Assembly: GCF_009914755.1 (NCBI RefSeq)
Contig: NC_060948.1
Direction: 5' to 3' (one strand)
Length of the DNA stretch: 64,000 bases
Source of the DNA: the human T2T-CHM13v2.0 reference genome, Homo sapiens
Positions 12,201 to 27,900 of the stretch are shown in pieces. The notes beneath the pieces were generated by a model. It saw nothing but the letters and a program-made list of their open reading frames with translations. It ran no database searches and had not been told where the DNA came from. The translations under genes and the position numbers were made by a program. Positions within the stretch are counted from its first letter, which is position 1. Every line of letters starts with the position of its first letter.

Positions 12201-15200
12201 AGGAAGCGAATGGACTGAAATGAAATGGAATGGAATTGAATGGAAAGTAATGCAATGGAATAGAATGGAAAGAAATTTCACGGAATGGAATCAAACTGAA
12301 TGGAATCAAATCAATGGAATATAATCAAATGGAATGGAAAGGAATTGAATGGAGTAGATAGGATTGGATGGGATTGGAATGAAATGTACTGGAAAGGACT
12401 CGAATTTCATGAAACGGAATGGAATGAATTAGAACGGAATGGACTCGAATGGAATGGAATATCACGGAATGGCATCAAATGGAATGGCATCAATTGGAAT
12501 GGAATCGAATGCAATGGAATGCTATGGAATGGAATGGAAAGCATTGGAATGGAATGTCCTCTAATGGAATGGATTCGAGTGGAATGGAATCGAATATAAT
12601 GGAGTCTAATGAAATGGAATTGAAAGGAATGGGATCCAATACAATGGAATATACTGGAATGTAATGTAATGAACTCGAATGTAATTGACTGGAATGGAAT
12701 GTACATGAATGGAATGTAATCGAATGGAAAGTAATCCAATGGAATAGAATCTAATGCAATAAAATCGACTCAAGTAGAGTAGAATATAATGGAATGGAGT
12801 GCAGTGCAATGGAATGGAATGGAATGGAATGCAATGGAATGGAATGGAATGGAATGGAATGGAATGGGATGGAATGGTATGGAATGGATAGTAATGGACT
12901 GGAGTGAAATGGACTGGAAAGGAATGGACTCAAATTGAAAGGGCTCGAAAGGAATGGAGTCAAATGGAATGGTCTGGAATGGAATGAACACGAATGTAAT
13001 GCAATCCAATAGAATGGAATCGAATGGCATGGAATATAAAGAAATGGAATCGAAGAGAATGGAAACAAATGGAATGGAATTGAATGGAATGGAATTGAAT
13101 GGAATGGGAACGAATGGAGTGAAATTGTATGCAGTAGAAGAGAATAGAATGGAATGCAAGCGAAAGGAAAGGAATGGATTGGAATGGAATGGAATTCATT
13201 GGAATGGAAGGGAATGTAGTGTAATGGACAGGCCTGGAATAAAGTGGAATGCTACGGTCTCGAATGGAATAAAAATGTATGGAATGGAATGCAATGAAAC
13301 GGAATCGAATGTCATAGAATGTAATGGAATGCAAAAAAATGGAATCCAAAATCATTGACTGGAAAGGCTGGGTGTCGAAAGGAATTGACTCCAATGGAAT
13401 GGAATCGAATGGCATGGAAGTGAATAGAATGGAACTAAATCGAATGGAATGGAATTGATAGGAACGGAATGGAAAGGAATGCAATGATTTGGCATGGAAT
13501 GGAATCGAATGGCATCGAATGGAATGGAATGGAATGCAATGGAATGGAATGTATTAGAATGTAATGAACTTTAATGGAATGTACTCGAATGGATTCGACT
13601 GGAATGGAATGTTCTCGAAGTGAATGGACTCCAATGGAATGGATTCGAAAGGAATGGAATCTAATGGAATGGAATTAAATGGAAATGAATCAAATTGAAT
13701 AGAACGGAATTGAATTGAATGGAATCGAATGCAATGGAATCTAATGAAAAGGAAAGGAAAGGAATGGAATGGATTGGAATGGAATGGGCTGGAATGGAAT
13801 GGAATCGAAACGAATGGAATGGAATCGAACTGAAGAGACTGGAATGGAATGCACTGGAATGGAAGGGAATGTAATGGAAGGTTCTCAAGAAAAATGGAAT
13901 CGAAAGGAATGGAATTGAATGGAACGGAATAGAGTCGAATGGAATTCAATGGAATGGAATGGACTAGAGTGAAATGGAATCGAACCACAAGGAATGGACA
14001 GGAATAGAATGGTCTCGAATTGAATAGAATCGTATGGAATGGCATCAAACGGAATGGAATGGACAGCCACGGAATGGAATGCACTCGAATGCAATGGAGT
14101 CGAAACTAATGGAGTGGAATAGAATGGACTCGACTGGTACGGACTCCAATGGAATGGAATCGAATGGAAGGGTATCGAACGGAATGGACTCGAAGGGAAA
14201 AGACTGCAATGGAAAGGTCTCGAATGGAATGGAAATTAATGGAATGGAATGGAATCGAATGAAATGGAGTCAAAAGGAATGGAATCGAATGGCAAGAAAT
14301 CGAATGTAATGGAATCGCAAGGAATTGAAGTGAACGGAACGGAATGCAATGGAATCCAAAGGAATGGAATAGAATGGAATGGAATCGAATGGAAAGGACT
14401 CGAATGGAAATCACTCGAATAGAATGCAATTTAATAAAATAGGATCAAATGTAATGGAATGGAATGGAAAGGAATCGAAACGAAAGGAATGGAGACAGAT
14501 GGAATGGAATGGAACAGAGAGCAATGGTATAGAATGGAATGGAATCATCTGGAATGGAATTGAATGGAATGGAATAATATGAAATGGAATGGAATGGAAT
14601 GGAATGCCCTTGAATTAAATGGACTGGAATGGAATGGACTCGAACAGAGTGGAATGGAAAGTGTTGAAATAGAATGGAATGGACTCGTTTGGAATGGTCT
14701 AGTATGCAATGCAATCGACTGGCAGAGAATCAAAAGGAATGTAATCGAATGGATTGGACTGGAATGCAATGGACTCGAATAGATTGGAAACGGAAAGCAA
14801 AGGAATGGAATGGAATAGTATGGAATGGAATGGAAAGGAATGGAGTGGAATAGACTAGAGTGGAATGGAATGGACTGGAAAGCAATGGACTGGAATGGAA
14901 CTTTCTTGAATGGACTGGAATCAAACGGAATGGAATGCAATGCAATCAAATGGCATGGAATAAAATAGAATGAAAGAGAATCAAATGGAATTGAATCGAA
15001 TGGAATCGAATGGATTGGAAAGGAATAGAATGGAATGGAACGGAATTGACTCAAATGGAATGGACTAGAATGGAATGGATTCGAATGGAAGGCAAATGAA
15101 TGGAATCTATTGGAATGGACTGTAATGGAATGGAATGGAAGGGATTGGAATGGACTCGAATGGAATGGACTGCAATAGAAAGGATTCGAATGGAATGAAA

Positions 15201-18200
15201 AAGAATTGAATGGAATAGAACAGAATGGAATCAAATCGAATGAAATGGAATGGAAGAGAAAGGAATGGAATGAAATGGAATGGAAAGGATTCGAATGGAA
15301 TGCAATCGAATGGAATGGAATCGAACGGAATGGAATAAAATGGAAGAAAACTGGCAAGAAATGGAATCGAAATGAATGGAGTGTTATGGAACGGACTCAA
15401 AAGGAATTGAATGTAATAGAATGGAGTGGAGTGGACTCGAATATAATGGACTGGAATGGAATGAAATCACATGGAATGGGAACGAATGGAATGGAATGGA
15501 AAGGAATGGAATCGAATGGAAAGGAATCGAATGGAAGGGAATGAAATTGAATCAACAGGAATGGAAGGGAGTAGAATAGACGGTAATGGAATGGACTCGA
15601 ATAGAATGGACACGAATGCTCAAATTGAATGGACTCGAATGGAATGGAAACGAAAGGAATGTCATCGAATGGAATTGAATCGATTGGAATGAAATCGCAT
15701 AGAATGGAGTGGAATCAAATGGAATTGAATCGAAAGGAAAGGAAGCGAATGGACTGAAATGAAATGGAATGGAATTGAATGGAAAGTAATGCAATGGAAT
15801 AGAATGGAACGAAATTTCACGGAATGGAATCAAACTGAATGGAATCAAATCAATGGAATATAATCAAATGGAATGGAAAGGAATTGAATGGAGTAGATTG
15901 GATTGGATGGGATTGGAATGAAATGTACTGGAAAGGACTCGAAATTCATGAAACGGAATGGAATGAACTGGAACGGAATGGAATCGAATGGAATGGAATG
16001 TCATGGAATGGCATCAAATGGAATGGAATCGAATGCGATGGAATGCTATGGAATGGAATGGAATGCATAGGAATGGAATGTCCTCTAATGGAATGTATTC
16101 GAGTGGAATGGAATCGAATATAATGGAGTCTAATGAAATGGAATTGAAAGGAATGGGATCGAATACAATGGAATAAACTGGAATGTAATGTAATGAACTC
16201 GAATGTAATTGACTGGAATGGAATGTACATGAATGGAATGTAATCGAATGGAAAGCAATCCAATGGAATAGAATCTAATGCAATAAAATCGACTCAAATA
16301 GAGTAGAATGTAATGGAATGGAGTGCAGTGCAATGGAATGGAATGGAATGCAACGGAATGGAATGGAATGGAATGGAATGGGATGGAATGGTATGGAATG
16401 GATAGTAATGGACTGGAGTGAAATGGACTGGAAAAGAATGGACTCAAATTGAAAGGGCTCGAAAGGAATGGAGTCAAATGGAATGGTCTGGAATGGAATG
16501 AACACGAATGTAATGCAATCCAATAGAATGGAATCGAATGGCATAGAATATAAAGAAATGGAATCGAAGAGAATGGAAACAAATGGAATGGAATTGAATG
16601 GAATGGAATTGAATGGAATGGGAACGAATGGAGTGAAATTGTATGCAGTAGAAGAGAATAGAATGGAATGCAAGCGAAAGGAAAGGAATGGATTGGAATG
16701 GAATGGAATTCATTGGAATGGAAGGGAATGTAGTGTAATGGACAGGCCTGGAATAAAGTGGAATGCTACGGTCTCGAATGGAATAAAAATGTATGGAATG
16801 GAATGCAATGAAACGGAATCGAATGTCATAGAATGTAATGGAATGCAAAAAAATGGACTCCAAAATCATTGACTGGAAAGGCTGGGTGTCGAAAGGAATT
16901 GACTCCAATGGAATGGAATCGAATGGAATGGAAGTGAATAGAATCGAACTAAATCGAATGGAATGGAATTGATAGGAACGGAATGGAAAGGAATGCAATG
17001 ATTTGGCATGGAATGGAATCGAATGGCATCGAATGGAATGGAATGGAATGCAATGGAATGGAATGTATTAGAATGTAATGAACTTTAATGGAATGTACTC
17101 GAATGGATTCGACTGGAATGGAATGTTCTCGAAGTGAATGGACTCCAATGGAATGGATTCGAAAGGAATAGAATCTAATGGAATGGAATTAAATGGAAAT
17201 GAATCAAATTGAATAGAACGGAATTGAATTGAATGGAATCGAATGCAATGGAATCTAATGAAAAGGAAAGGAAAGGAATGGAATGGATTGGAATGGAATG
17301 GGCTGGAATGGAATGGAATCGAAACGAATGGAATGGAATCGAACTGAAGAGACTGGAATGGAATGCACTGGAATGGAAGGGAATGTAATGGAAGGTTCTC
17401 AAGAAAAATGGAATCGAAAGGAATGGAATTGAATGGAACGGAATAGAGTCGAATGGAATTCAATGGAATGGAATGGACTAGAGTGAAATGGAATCGAACC
17501 ACAAGGAATGGACAGGAATAGAATGGTCTCGAATTGAATGGAATCGTATGGAATGGCATCAAACGGAATGGAATGGACAGCCACGGAATGGAATGCACTC
17601 GAATGCAATGGAGTCGACACTAACGGAGTGGAATAGAATGGACTCGACTGGTACGGACTCCAATGGAATGGAATCGAATGGAAGGGTATCGAACGGAATG
17701 GGCTCGAAGGGAAAAGACTGCAATGGAAAGGTCTCGAATGGAATGGAAATTAATGGAATGGAATGGAATCGAATGAAATGGAGTCAAAAGGAATGGAATC
17801 GAATGGCAAGAAATCGAATGTAATGGAATCGCAAGGAATTGAAGTGAACGGAACGGAATGCAATGGAATCCAAAGGAATGGAATAGAATGGAATGGAATC
17901 GAATGGAAAGGACTCGAATGGAAATCACTCGAATAGAATGCAATTTAATAAAATAGGATCAAATGTAATGGAATGGAACGGAAAGGAATCGAAACGAAAG
18001 GAATGGAGACAGATGGAATGGAATGGAACAGAGAGCAATGGTATAGAATGGAATGGAATCATCTGGAATGGAATTGAATGGAATGGAATAATATGAAATG
18101 GAATGGAATGGAATGGAATGCCCTTGAATTAAATGGACTGGAATGGAATGGACTCGAACAGAGTGGAATGGAAAGTGTTGAAATAGAATGGAATGGACTC

Positions 18201-21200
18201 GTTTGGAATGGTCTAGTATGCAATGCAATCGACTGGCAGGGAATCAAAAGGAATGTAATCGAATGGATTGGACTGGAATGCAATGGACTCGAATAGATTG
18301 GAAACGGAAAGCAAAGGAATGGAATGGAATAGTATGGAATGGAATGGAAAGGAATGGAGTGGAATAGACTAGAGTGGAATGGAATGGACTGGAAAGCAAT
18401 GGACTGGAATGGAACTTTCTTGAATGGACTGGAATCAAACGGAATGGAATGCAATGCAATCAAATGGCATGGAATAAAATAGAATGAAAGAGAATCAAAT
18501 GGAATTGAATCGAATGGAATCGAATGGATTGGAAAGGAATAGAATGGAATGGAACGGAATTGACTCAAATGGAATGGACTAGAATGGAATGGATTCGAAT
18601 GGAAGGCAAATGAATGGAATCTATTGGAATGGACTGTAATGGAATGGAATGGAAGGGATTGGAATGGACTCGAATGGAATGGACTGCAATAGAAAGGATT
18701 CGAATGTAATGAAAAAGAATTGAATGGAATAGAACAGAATGGAATCAAATCGAATGAAATGGAATGGAAGAGAAAGGAATGGAATGAAATGGAATGGAAA
18801 GGATTCGAATGGAATGCAATCGAATGGAATGGAATCGAACGGAATGGAATAAAATGGAAGAAAACTGGCAAGAAATGGAATCGAAATGAATGGAGTGTTA
18901 TGGAACGGACTCAAAAGGAATTGAATGTAATAGAATGGAGTGGAGTGGACTCGAATATAATGGACTGGAATGGAATGAAATCACATGGAATGGGAACGAA
19001 TGGAATGGAATGGAAAGGAATGGAATCGAATGGAAAGGAATCGAATGGAAGGGAATGAAATTGAATCAACAGGAATGGAAGGGAGTAGAATAGACGGTAA
19101 TGGAATGGACTCGAATAGAATGGACACGAATGCTCAAATTGAATGGACTCGAATGGAATGGAAACGAAAGGAATGTCATCGAATGGAATTGAATCGATTG
19201 GAATGAAATCGCATAGAATGGAGTGGAATCAAATGGAATTGAATCGAAAGGAAAGGAAGCGAATGGACTGAAATGAAATGGAATGGAATTGAATGGAAAG
19301 TAATGCAATGGAATAGAATGGAACGAAATTTCACGGAATGGAATCAAACTGAATGGAATCAAATCAATGGAATATAATCAAATGGAATGGAAAGGAATTG
19401 AATGGAGTAGATTGGATTGGATGGGATTGGAATGAAATGTACTGGAAAGGACACGAAATTCATGAAACGGAATGGAATGAACTGGAACGGAATGGACTCG
19501 AATGGAATGGAATGTCATGGAATGGCATCAAATGGAATGGAATCGAATGCGATGGAATGCTATGGAATGGAATGGAATGCATTGGAATGGAATGTCCTCT
19601 AATGGAATGTATTCGAGTGGAATGGAATCGAATATAATGGAGTCTAATGAAATGGAATTGAAAGGAATGGGACCGAATACAATGGAATAAACTGGAATGT
19701 AATGTAATGAACTCGAATGTAATTGACTGGAATGGAATGTACATGAATGGAATGTAATCGAATGGAAAGCAATCCAATGGAATAGAATCTAATGCAATAA
19801 AATCGACTCAAATAGAGTAGAATGTAATGGAATGGAGTGCAGTGCAATGGAATGGAATGGAATGCAACGGAATGGAATGGAATGGAATGGAATGGGATGG
19901 AATGGTATGGAATGGATAGTAATGGACTGGAGTGAAATGGACTGGAAAAGAATGGACTCAAATTGAAAGGGCTCGAAAGGAATGGAGTCAAATGGAATGG
20001 TCTGGAATGGAATGAACACGAATGTAATGCAATCCAATAGAATGGAATCGAATGGCATGGAATATAAAGAAATGGAATCGAAGAGAATGGAAACAAATGG
20101 AATGGAATTGAATGGAATGGAATTGAATGGAATGGGAACGAATGGAGTGAAATTGTATGCAGTAGAAGAGAATAGAATGGAATGCAAGCGAAAGGAAAGG
20201 AATGGATTGGAATGGAATGGAATTCATTGGAATGGAAGGGAATGTAGTGTAATGGACAGGCCTGGAATAAAGTGGAATGCTACGGTCTCGAATGGAATAA
20301 AAATGTATGGAATGGAATGCAATGAAACGGAATCGAATGTCATAGAATGTAATGGAATGCAAAAAAATGGACTCCAAAATCATTGACTGGAAAGGCTGGG
20401 TGTCGAAAGGAATTGACTCCAATGGAATGGAATCGAATGGAATGGAAGTGAATAGAATCGAACTAAATCGAATGGAATGGAATTGATAGGAACGGAATGG
20501 AAAGGAATGCAATGACTTGGCATGGAATGGAATCGAAAGGCATCGAATGGAATGGAATGGAATGCAATGGAATGGAATGTATTAGAATGTAATGAACATT
20601 AATGGAAAGTACTCGAATGGATTCGACTGGAATGGAATGTTCTGGAAGTGAATGGACTCCAATGGAATGGATTCGAAAGGAATGGAATCGAACGGAATGG
20701 AATTAAACGGAAATGAATCAAATAGAATAGAACGGAATTGAATTGAATGGAATCGAATGCAATGGAATCTAATGAAACGGAAAGGAATGAAATGGAATGG
20801 GCTGGAATGGAATGGAATCGAAACGAATGGAATGGAATCGAACTGAAGAGACTGGAATGGAATGCACTGGAATGGAAGGGAATGTAATGGAAGGTTCTCG
20901 AAAAAAATGGAATCGAAAGGAATGGAATTGAATGGAACGGAATAGAGTCGAATGGAATTGAATGGAATGGAATGGACTAGAGTGAAATGGAATCGAACCA
21001 CAAGGAATGGACAGGAATAGAATGGTCTCGAATTGAATGGAATCGTATGGAATGGCATCAAACGGAATGGAATGGACGGCCACGGAATGGAATGCACTCG
21101 AATGCAATGGAGTCGAAACTAATGGACTGGAATAGAATGGACTCGACTGGTACGGACTCCAATGGAATGGAATCGAATGGAAGGGAATCGAACGGAATGG

Positions 21201-24200
21201 ACTCGAAGGGAAAAGACTGCAATGGAAAGGTCTCGAATGGAATGGAAATTAATGGAATGGAATGGAATCGAATGAAATGGAGTCAAAAGGAATGGAATCG
21301 AATGGCAAGAAATCGAATGTAATGGAATCGCAAGGAATTGATGTGAACGGAACGGAATGGAATGGAATCCAAAGGAATGGAATAGAATGGAATGGAATCG
21401 AATGGAAAGGACTCGAATGGAAATCACTCGAATAGAATGCAATTTAATAAAATAGGATCAAATGTAATGGAATGGAATGGAAAGGAATCGAAACGAAAGG
21501 AATGGAGACAGATGGAATGGAATGGAACAGAGAGCAATGGTATAGAATGGAATGGAATCATCTGGAATGGAATTGAATGGAATGGAATAATATGAAATGG
21601 AATGGAATGGAATGGAATGCCCTTGAATTAAATGGACTGGAATGGAATGGACTCGAACAGAGTGGAATGGAAAGTGTTGAAATAGAATGGAATGGACTCG
21701 TTTGGAATGGTCTAGTATGCAATGCAATCGACTGGCAGGGAATCAAAAGGAATGTAATCGAATGGATTGGACTGGAATGCAATGGACTCGAATAGATTGG
21801 AAACGGAAAGCAAAGGAATGGAATGGAATAGTATGGAATGGAATGGAAAGGAATGGAGTGGAATAGACTAGAGTGGAATGGAATGGACTCGAAAGCAATG
21901 GACTGGAATGGAACTTTCTTGAATGGACTGGAATCAAACGGAATGGAATGCAATGCAATCAAATGGCATGGAATAAAATAGAATGAAAGAGAATCAAATG
22001 GAATTGAATCGAATGGAATCGAATGGATTGGAAAGGAATAGAATGGAATGGAATGGAATTGACTCAAATGGAATGGACTAGAATGGAATGGATTCGAATG
22101 GAAGGCAAAGGAATGGAATCTATTGGAATGGACTGTAATGGAATGGAATGGAAGGGATTGGAATGGACTCGAATGGAATGGACTGCAGTAGAAAGGATTC
22201 GAATGGAATGAAAAAGAATTGAATGGAATAGAACAGAATGGAATCAAATCGAATGAAATGGAATGGAATAGAAAGGAATGGAATGAAATGGAATGGAAAG
22301 GATTCGAATGGAATGCAATCGAATGGAATGCAATCGAATGGAATGGAATCGAACGGAATGGAATAAAATGGAAGAAAACTGGCAAGAAATGGAATCGAAA
22401 TGAATGGAGTGTTACGGAACGGACTCAAAAGGAATTGAATGTAATAGAATGGAGTGGAGTGGACTCGAATATAATGGACTAGAATGGAATGAAATCACAT
22501 GGAATGGGAACGAATGGAATGGAATGGAAAGGAATGGAATCGAATGGAAAGGAATCGAATGGAAGGGAATGAAATTGAATCAACAGGAATGGAAGGGAGT
22601 AGAATAGACGGTAATGGAATGGACTCGAATAGAATGGACACGAATGCTCAAATTGAATGGACTCGAATGGAATGGCAACGAAAGGAATGTCATCGAATGG
22701 AATTGAATCGTTGGAATGAAATCACATAGAATGGAGTGGAATCAAATGGAATTGAATCGAAAGGAAAGGAAGCGAATGGACTGAAATGAAATGGAATGGA
22801 ATTGAATGGAAATTAATGCAATGGAATAGAATGGAACGAAATTTCACGGAATGGAATCAAACTGAATGGAATCAAATCAATGGAATCAAATCAAATGGAA
22901 TGGAAAGGAATTGAATGGAGTAGATTGGATTGGATGGGATTGGAATGAAATGTACTGGAAAGGACTCGAATTTCATGAAACGGAATGGAATGAATTGGAA
23001 CGGAATGGACTCGAATGGAATGGAATGTCATGGAATGGCATCAAATGGAATGGAATCGAATGCAATGGAATGCTATGGAATGGAATGGAATGCATTGGAA
23101 TGGAATGTCCTCTAATGGAATGTATTCGAGTGGAATGGAATCGAATATAATGGAGTCTATTGAAATGGAATTGAAAGGAATGGGACCGAATACAATGGAA
23201 CAAACTGGAATGTAATGTAATGAACTCGAATGTAATTGACTGGAATGGAATGTACATGAATGGAATGTAATCGAATGGAAAGCAATCCAATGGAATAGAA
23301 TCTAATGCAATAAAATCGACTCAAATAGAGTAGAATGTAATGGAATGGAGTGCAGTGCAATGGAATGGAATGGAATGCAATGGAATGGAATGGAATGGAA
23401 TGGAATGGGATGGAATGGTATGGAATGGATAGTAATGGACTGGAGTGAAATGGACTGGAAAAGAATGGACTCAAATTGAAAGGGCTCGAAAGGAATGGAG
23501 TCAAATGGAATGGTCTGGAATGGAATGAACACGAATGTAATGCAATCCAATAGAATGGAATCGAATGGCATGGAATATAAAGAAATGGAATCGAAGAGAA
23601 TGGAAACAAATGGAATGGAATTGAATGGAATGGAATTGAATGGAATGGGAACGAATGGAGTGAAATTGTATGCAGTAGAAGAGAATAGAATGGAATGCAA
23701 GCGAAAGGAAAGGAATGGATTGGAATGGAATGGAATTCATTGGAATGGAAGGGAATGTAGTGTAATGGACAGGCCTGGAATAAAGTGGAATGCTACGGTC
23801 TCGAATGGAATAAAAATGTATGGAATGGAATGCAATGAAACGGAATCGAATGTCATAGAATGTAATGGAATGCAAAAAAATGGACTCCAAAATCATTGAC
23901 TGGAAAGGCTGGGTGTCGAAAGGAATTGACTCCAATGGAATGGAATCGAATGGAATGGAAGTGAATAGAATCGAACTAAATCGAATGGAATGGAATTGAT
24001 AGGAACGGAATGGAAAGGAATGCAATGATTTGGCATGGAATGGAATCGAAAGGCATCGAATGGAATGGAATGGAATGCAATGGAATGGAATGTATTAGAA
24101 TGTAATGAACATTAATGGAAAGTACTCGAATGGATTCGACTGGAATGGAATGTTCTGGAAGTGAATGGACTCCAATGGAATGGATTCGAAAGGAATGGAA

Positions 24201-24904
24201 TCGAACGGAATGGAATTAAACGGAAATGAATCAAATAGAATAGAACGGAATTGAATTGAATGGAATCGAATGCAATGGAATCTAATGAAACGGAAAGGAA
24301 TGGAATGGAATGGGCTGGAATGGAATGGAATCGAAACGAATGGAATGGAATCGAACTGAAGAGACTGGAATGGAATGCACTGGAATGGAAGGGAATGTAA
24401 TGGAAGGTTCTCGAAAAAAATGGAATCGAAAGGAATGGAATTGAATGGAACGGAATAGAGTCGAATGGAATTGAATGGAATGGAATGGACTAGAGTGAAA
24501 TGGAATCGAACCACAAGGAATGGACAGGAATAGAATGGTCTCGAATTGAATGGAATCGTATGGAATGGCATCAAACGGAATGGAATGGACGGCCACGGAA
24601 TGGAATGCACTCGAATGCAATGGAGTCGAAACTAATGGACTGGAATAGAATGGACTCGACTGGTACGGACTCCAATGGAATGGAATCGAATGGAAGGGAA
24701 TCGAACGGAATGGACTCGAAGGGAAAAGACTGCAATGGAAAGGTCTCGAATGGAATGGAAATTAATGGAATGGAATGGAATCGAATGAAATGGAGTCAAA
24801 AGGAATGGAATCGAATGGCAAGAAATCGAATGTAATGGAATCGCAAGGAATTGATGTGAACGGAACGGAATGGAATGGAATCCAAAGGAATGGAATAGAA
24901 TGGA

Positions 24905-27900
24905 ATGGAATCGAATGGAAAGGACTCGAATGGAAATCACTCGAATAGAATGCAATTTAATAAAATAGGATCAAATGTAATGGAATGGAATGGAAAGGAA
25001 TCGAAACGAAAGGAATGGAGACAGATGGAATGGAATGGAACAGAGAGCAATGGTATAGAATGGAATGGAATCATCTGGAATGGAATTGAATGGAATGGAA
25101 TAATATGAAATGGAATGGAATGGAATGGAATGCCCTTGAATTAAATGGACTGGAATGGAATGGACTCGAACAGAGTGGAATGGAAAGTGTTGAAATAGAA
25201 TGGAATGGACTCGTTTGGAATGGTCTAGTATGCAATGCAATCGACTGGCAGGGAATCAAAAGGAATGTAATCGAATGGATTGGACTGGAATGCAATGGAC
25301 TCGAATAGATTGGAAACGGAAAGCAAAGGAATGGAATGGAATAGTATGGAATGGAATGGAAAGGAATGGAGTGGAATAGACTAGAGTGGAATGGAATGGA
25401 CTCGAAAGCAATGGACTGGAATGGAACTTTCTTGAATGGACTGGAATCAAACGGAATGGAATGCAATGCAATCAAATGGCATGGAATAAAATAGAATGAA
25501 AGAGAATCAAATGGAATTGAATCGAATGGAATCGAATGGATTGGAAAGGAATAGAATGGAATGGAATGGAATTGACTCAAATGGAATGGACTAGAATGGA
25601 ATGGATTGGAATGGAAGGCAAAGGAATGGAATCTATTGGAATGGACTGTAATGGAATGGAATGGAAGGGATTGGAATGGACTCGAATGGAATGGACTGCA
25701 GTAGAAAGGATTCGAATGGAATGAAAAAGAATTGAATGGAATAGAACAGAATGGAATCAAATCGAATGAAATGGAATGGAATAGAAAGGAATGGAATGAA
25801 ATGGAATGGAAAGGATTCGAATGGAATGCAATCGAATGGAATGAAATCGAATGGAATGGAATCGAACGGAATGGAGTAAAATGGAAGAAAACTGGCAAGA
25901 AATGGAATCGAAATGAATGGAGTGTTATGGAACGGACTCAAAAGGAATTGAATGTAATAGAATGGAGTGGAGTGGACTCGAATATAATGGACTAGAATGG
26001 AATGAAATCACATGGAATGGGAACGAATGGAATGGAATGGAAAGGAATGGAATCGAATGGAAAGGAATCGAATGGAAGGGAATGAAATTGAATCAACAGG
26101 AATGGAAGGGAGTAGAATAGACGGTAATGGAATGGACTCGAATAGAATGGACACGAATGCTCAAATTGAATGGACTCGAATGGAATGGCAACGAAAGGAA
26201 TGTCATCGAATGGAATTGAATCGATTGGAATGAAATCACATAGAATGGAGTGGAATCAAATGGAATTGAATCGAAAGGAAAGGAAGCGAATGGACTGAAA
26301 TGAAATGGAATGGAATTGAATGGAAATTAATGCAATGGAATAGAATGGAACGAAATTTCACGGAATGGAATCAAACTGAATGGAATCAAATCAATGGAAT
26401 ATAATCAAATGGAATGGAAAGGAATTGAATGGAGTAGATTGGATTGGATGGGATTGGAATGAAATGTACTGGAAAGGACTCGAATTTCATGAAACGGAAT
26501 GGAATGAATTGGAACGGAATGGACTCGAATGGAATGGAATGTCATGGAATGGCATCAAATGGAATGGAATCGAATGCGATGGAATGCTATGGAATGGAAT
26601 GGAATGCATTGGAATGGAATGTCCTCTAATGGAATGTATTCGAGTGGAATGGAATCGAATATAATGGAGTCTAATGAAATGGAATTGAAAGTAATGGGAC
26701 CGAATACAATGGAATATACTGGAATGTAATGTAATGAACTCGAATGTAATTGACTGGAATGGAATGTACATGAATGGAATGTAATCGAATGGAAAGCAAT
26801 CCAATGGAATAGAATCTAATGCAATAAAATCGACTCAAATAGAGTAGAATGTACTGGAATGGAGTACAGTGCAATGGAATGGAATGGAATGGAATGCAAT
26901 GGAATGGAATGGAATGGAATGGGATGGAATGGTATGGAATGGATAGTAATGGACTGGAGTGAAATGGACTGGAAAAGAATGGACTCAAATTGAAAGGGCT
27001 CGAAAGGAATGGAGTCAAATGGAATGGTCTGGAATGGAATGAACACGAATGTAATGCAATCCAATAGAATGGAATCGAATGGCATGGAATATAAAGAAAT
27101 GGAATCGAAGAGAATGGAAACAAATGGAATGGAATTGAATGGAATGGAATTGAATGGAATGGGAACGAATGGAGTGAAATTGTATGCAGTAGAAGAGAAT
27201 AGAATGGAATGCAAGCGAAAGGAAAGGAATGGATTGGAATGGAATGGAATTCATTGGAATGGAAGGGAATGTAGTGTAATGGACAGGCCTGGAATAAAGT
27301 GGAATGCTACGGTCTCGAATGGAATAAAAATGTATGGAATGGAATGCAATGAAACGGAATCGAATGTCATAGAATGTAATGGAATGCAAAAAAATGGACT
27401 CCAAAATCATTGACTGGAAAGGCTGGGTGTCGAAAGGAATTGACTCCAATGGAATGGAATCGAATGGAATGGAAGTGAATAGAATCGAACTAAATCGAAT
27501 GGAATGGAATTGATAGGAACGGAATGGAAAGGAATGCAATGATTTGGCATGGAATGGAATCGAATGGCATCGAATGGAATGGAATGGAATGCAATGGAAT
27601 GGAATGTATTAGAATGTAATGAACTTTAATGGAATGTACTCGAATGGATTCGACTGGAATGGAATGTTCTGGAAGTGAATGGACTCCAATGGAATGGATT
27701 CGAAAGGAATGGAATCTAATGGAATGGAATTAAATGGAAATGAATCAAATTGAATAGAACGGAATTGAATTGAATGGAATCGAATGCAATGGAATCTAAT
27801 GAAACGGAAAGGAAAGGAATGGAATGGATTGGAATGGAATGGGCTGGAATGGAATGGAATCGAAACGAATGGAATGGAATCGAACTGAAGAGACTGGAAT

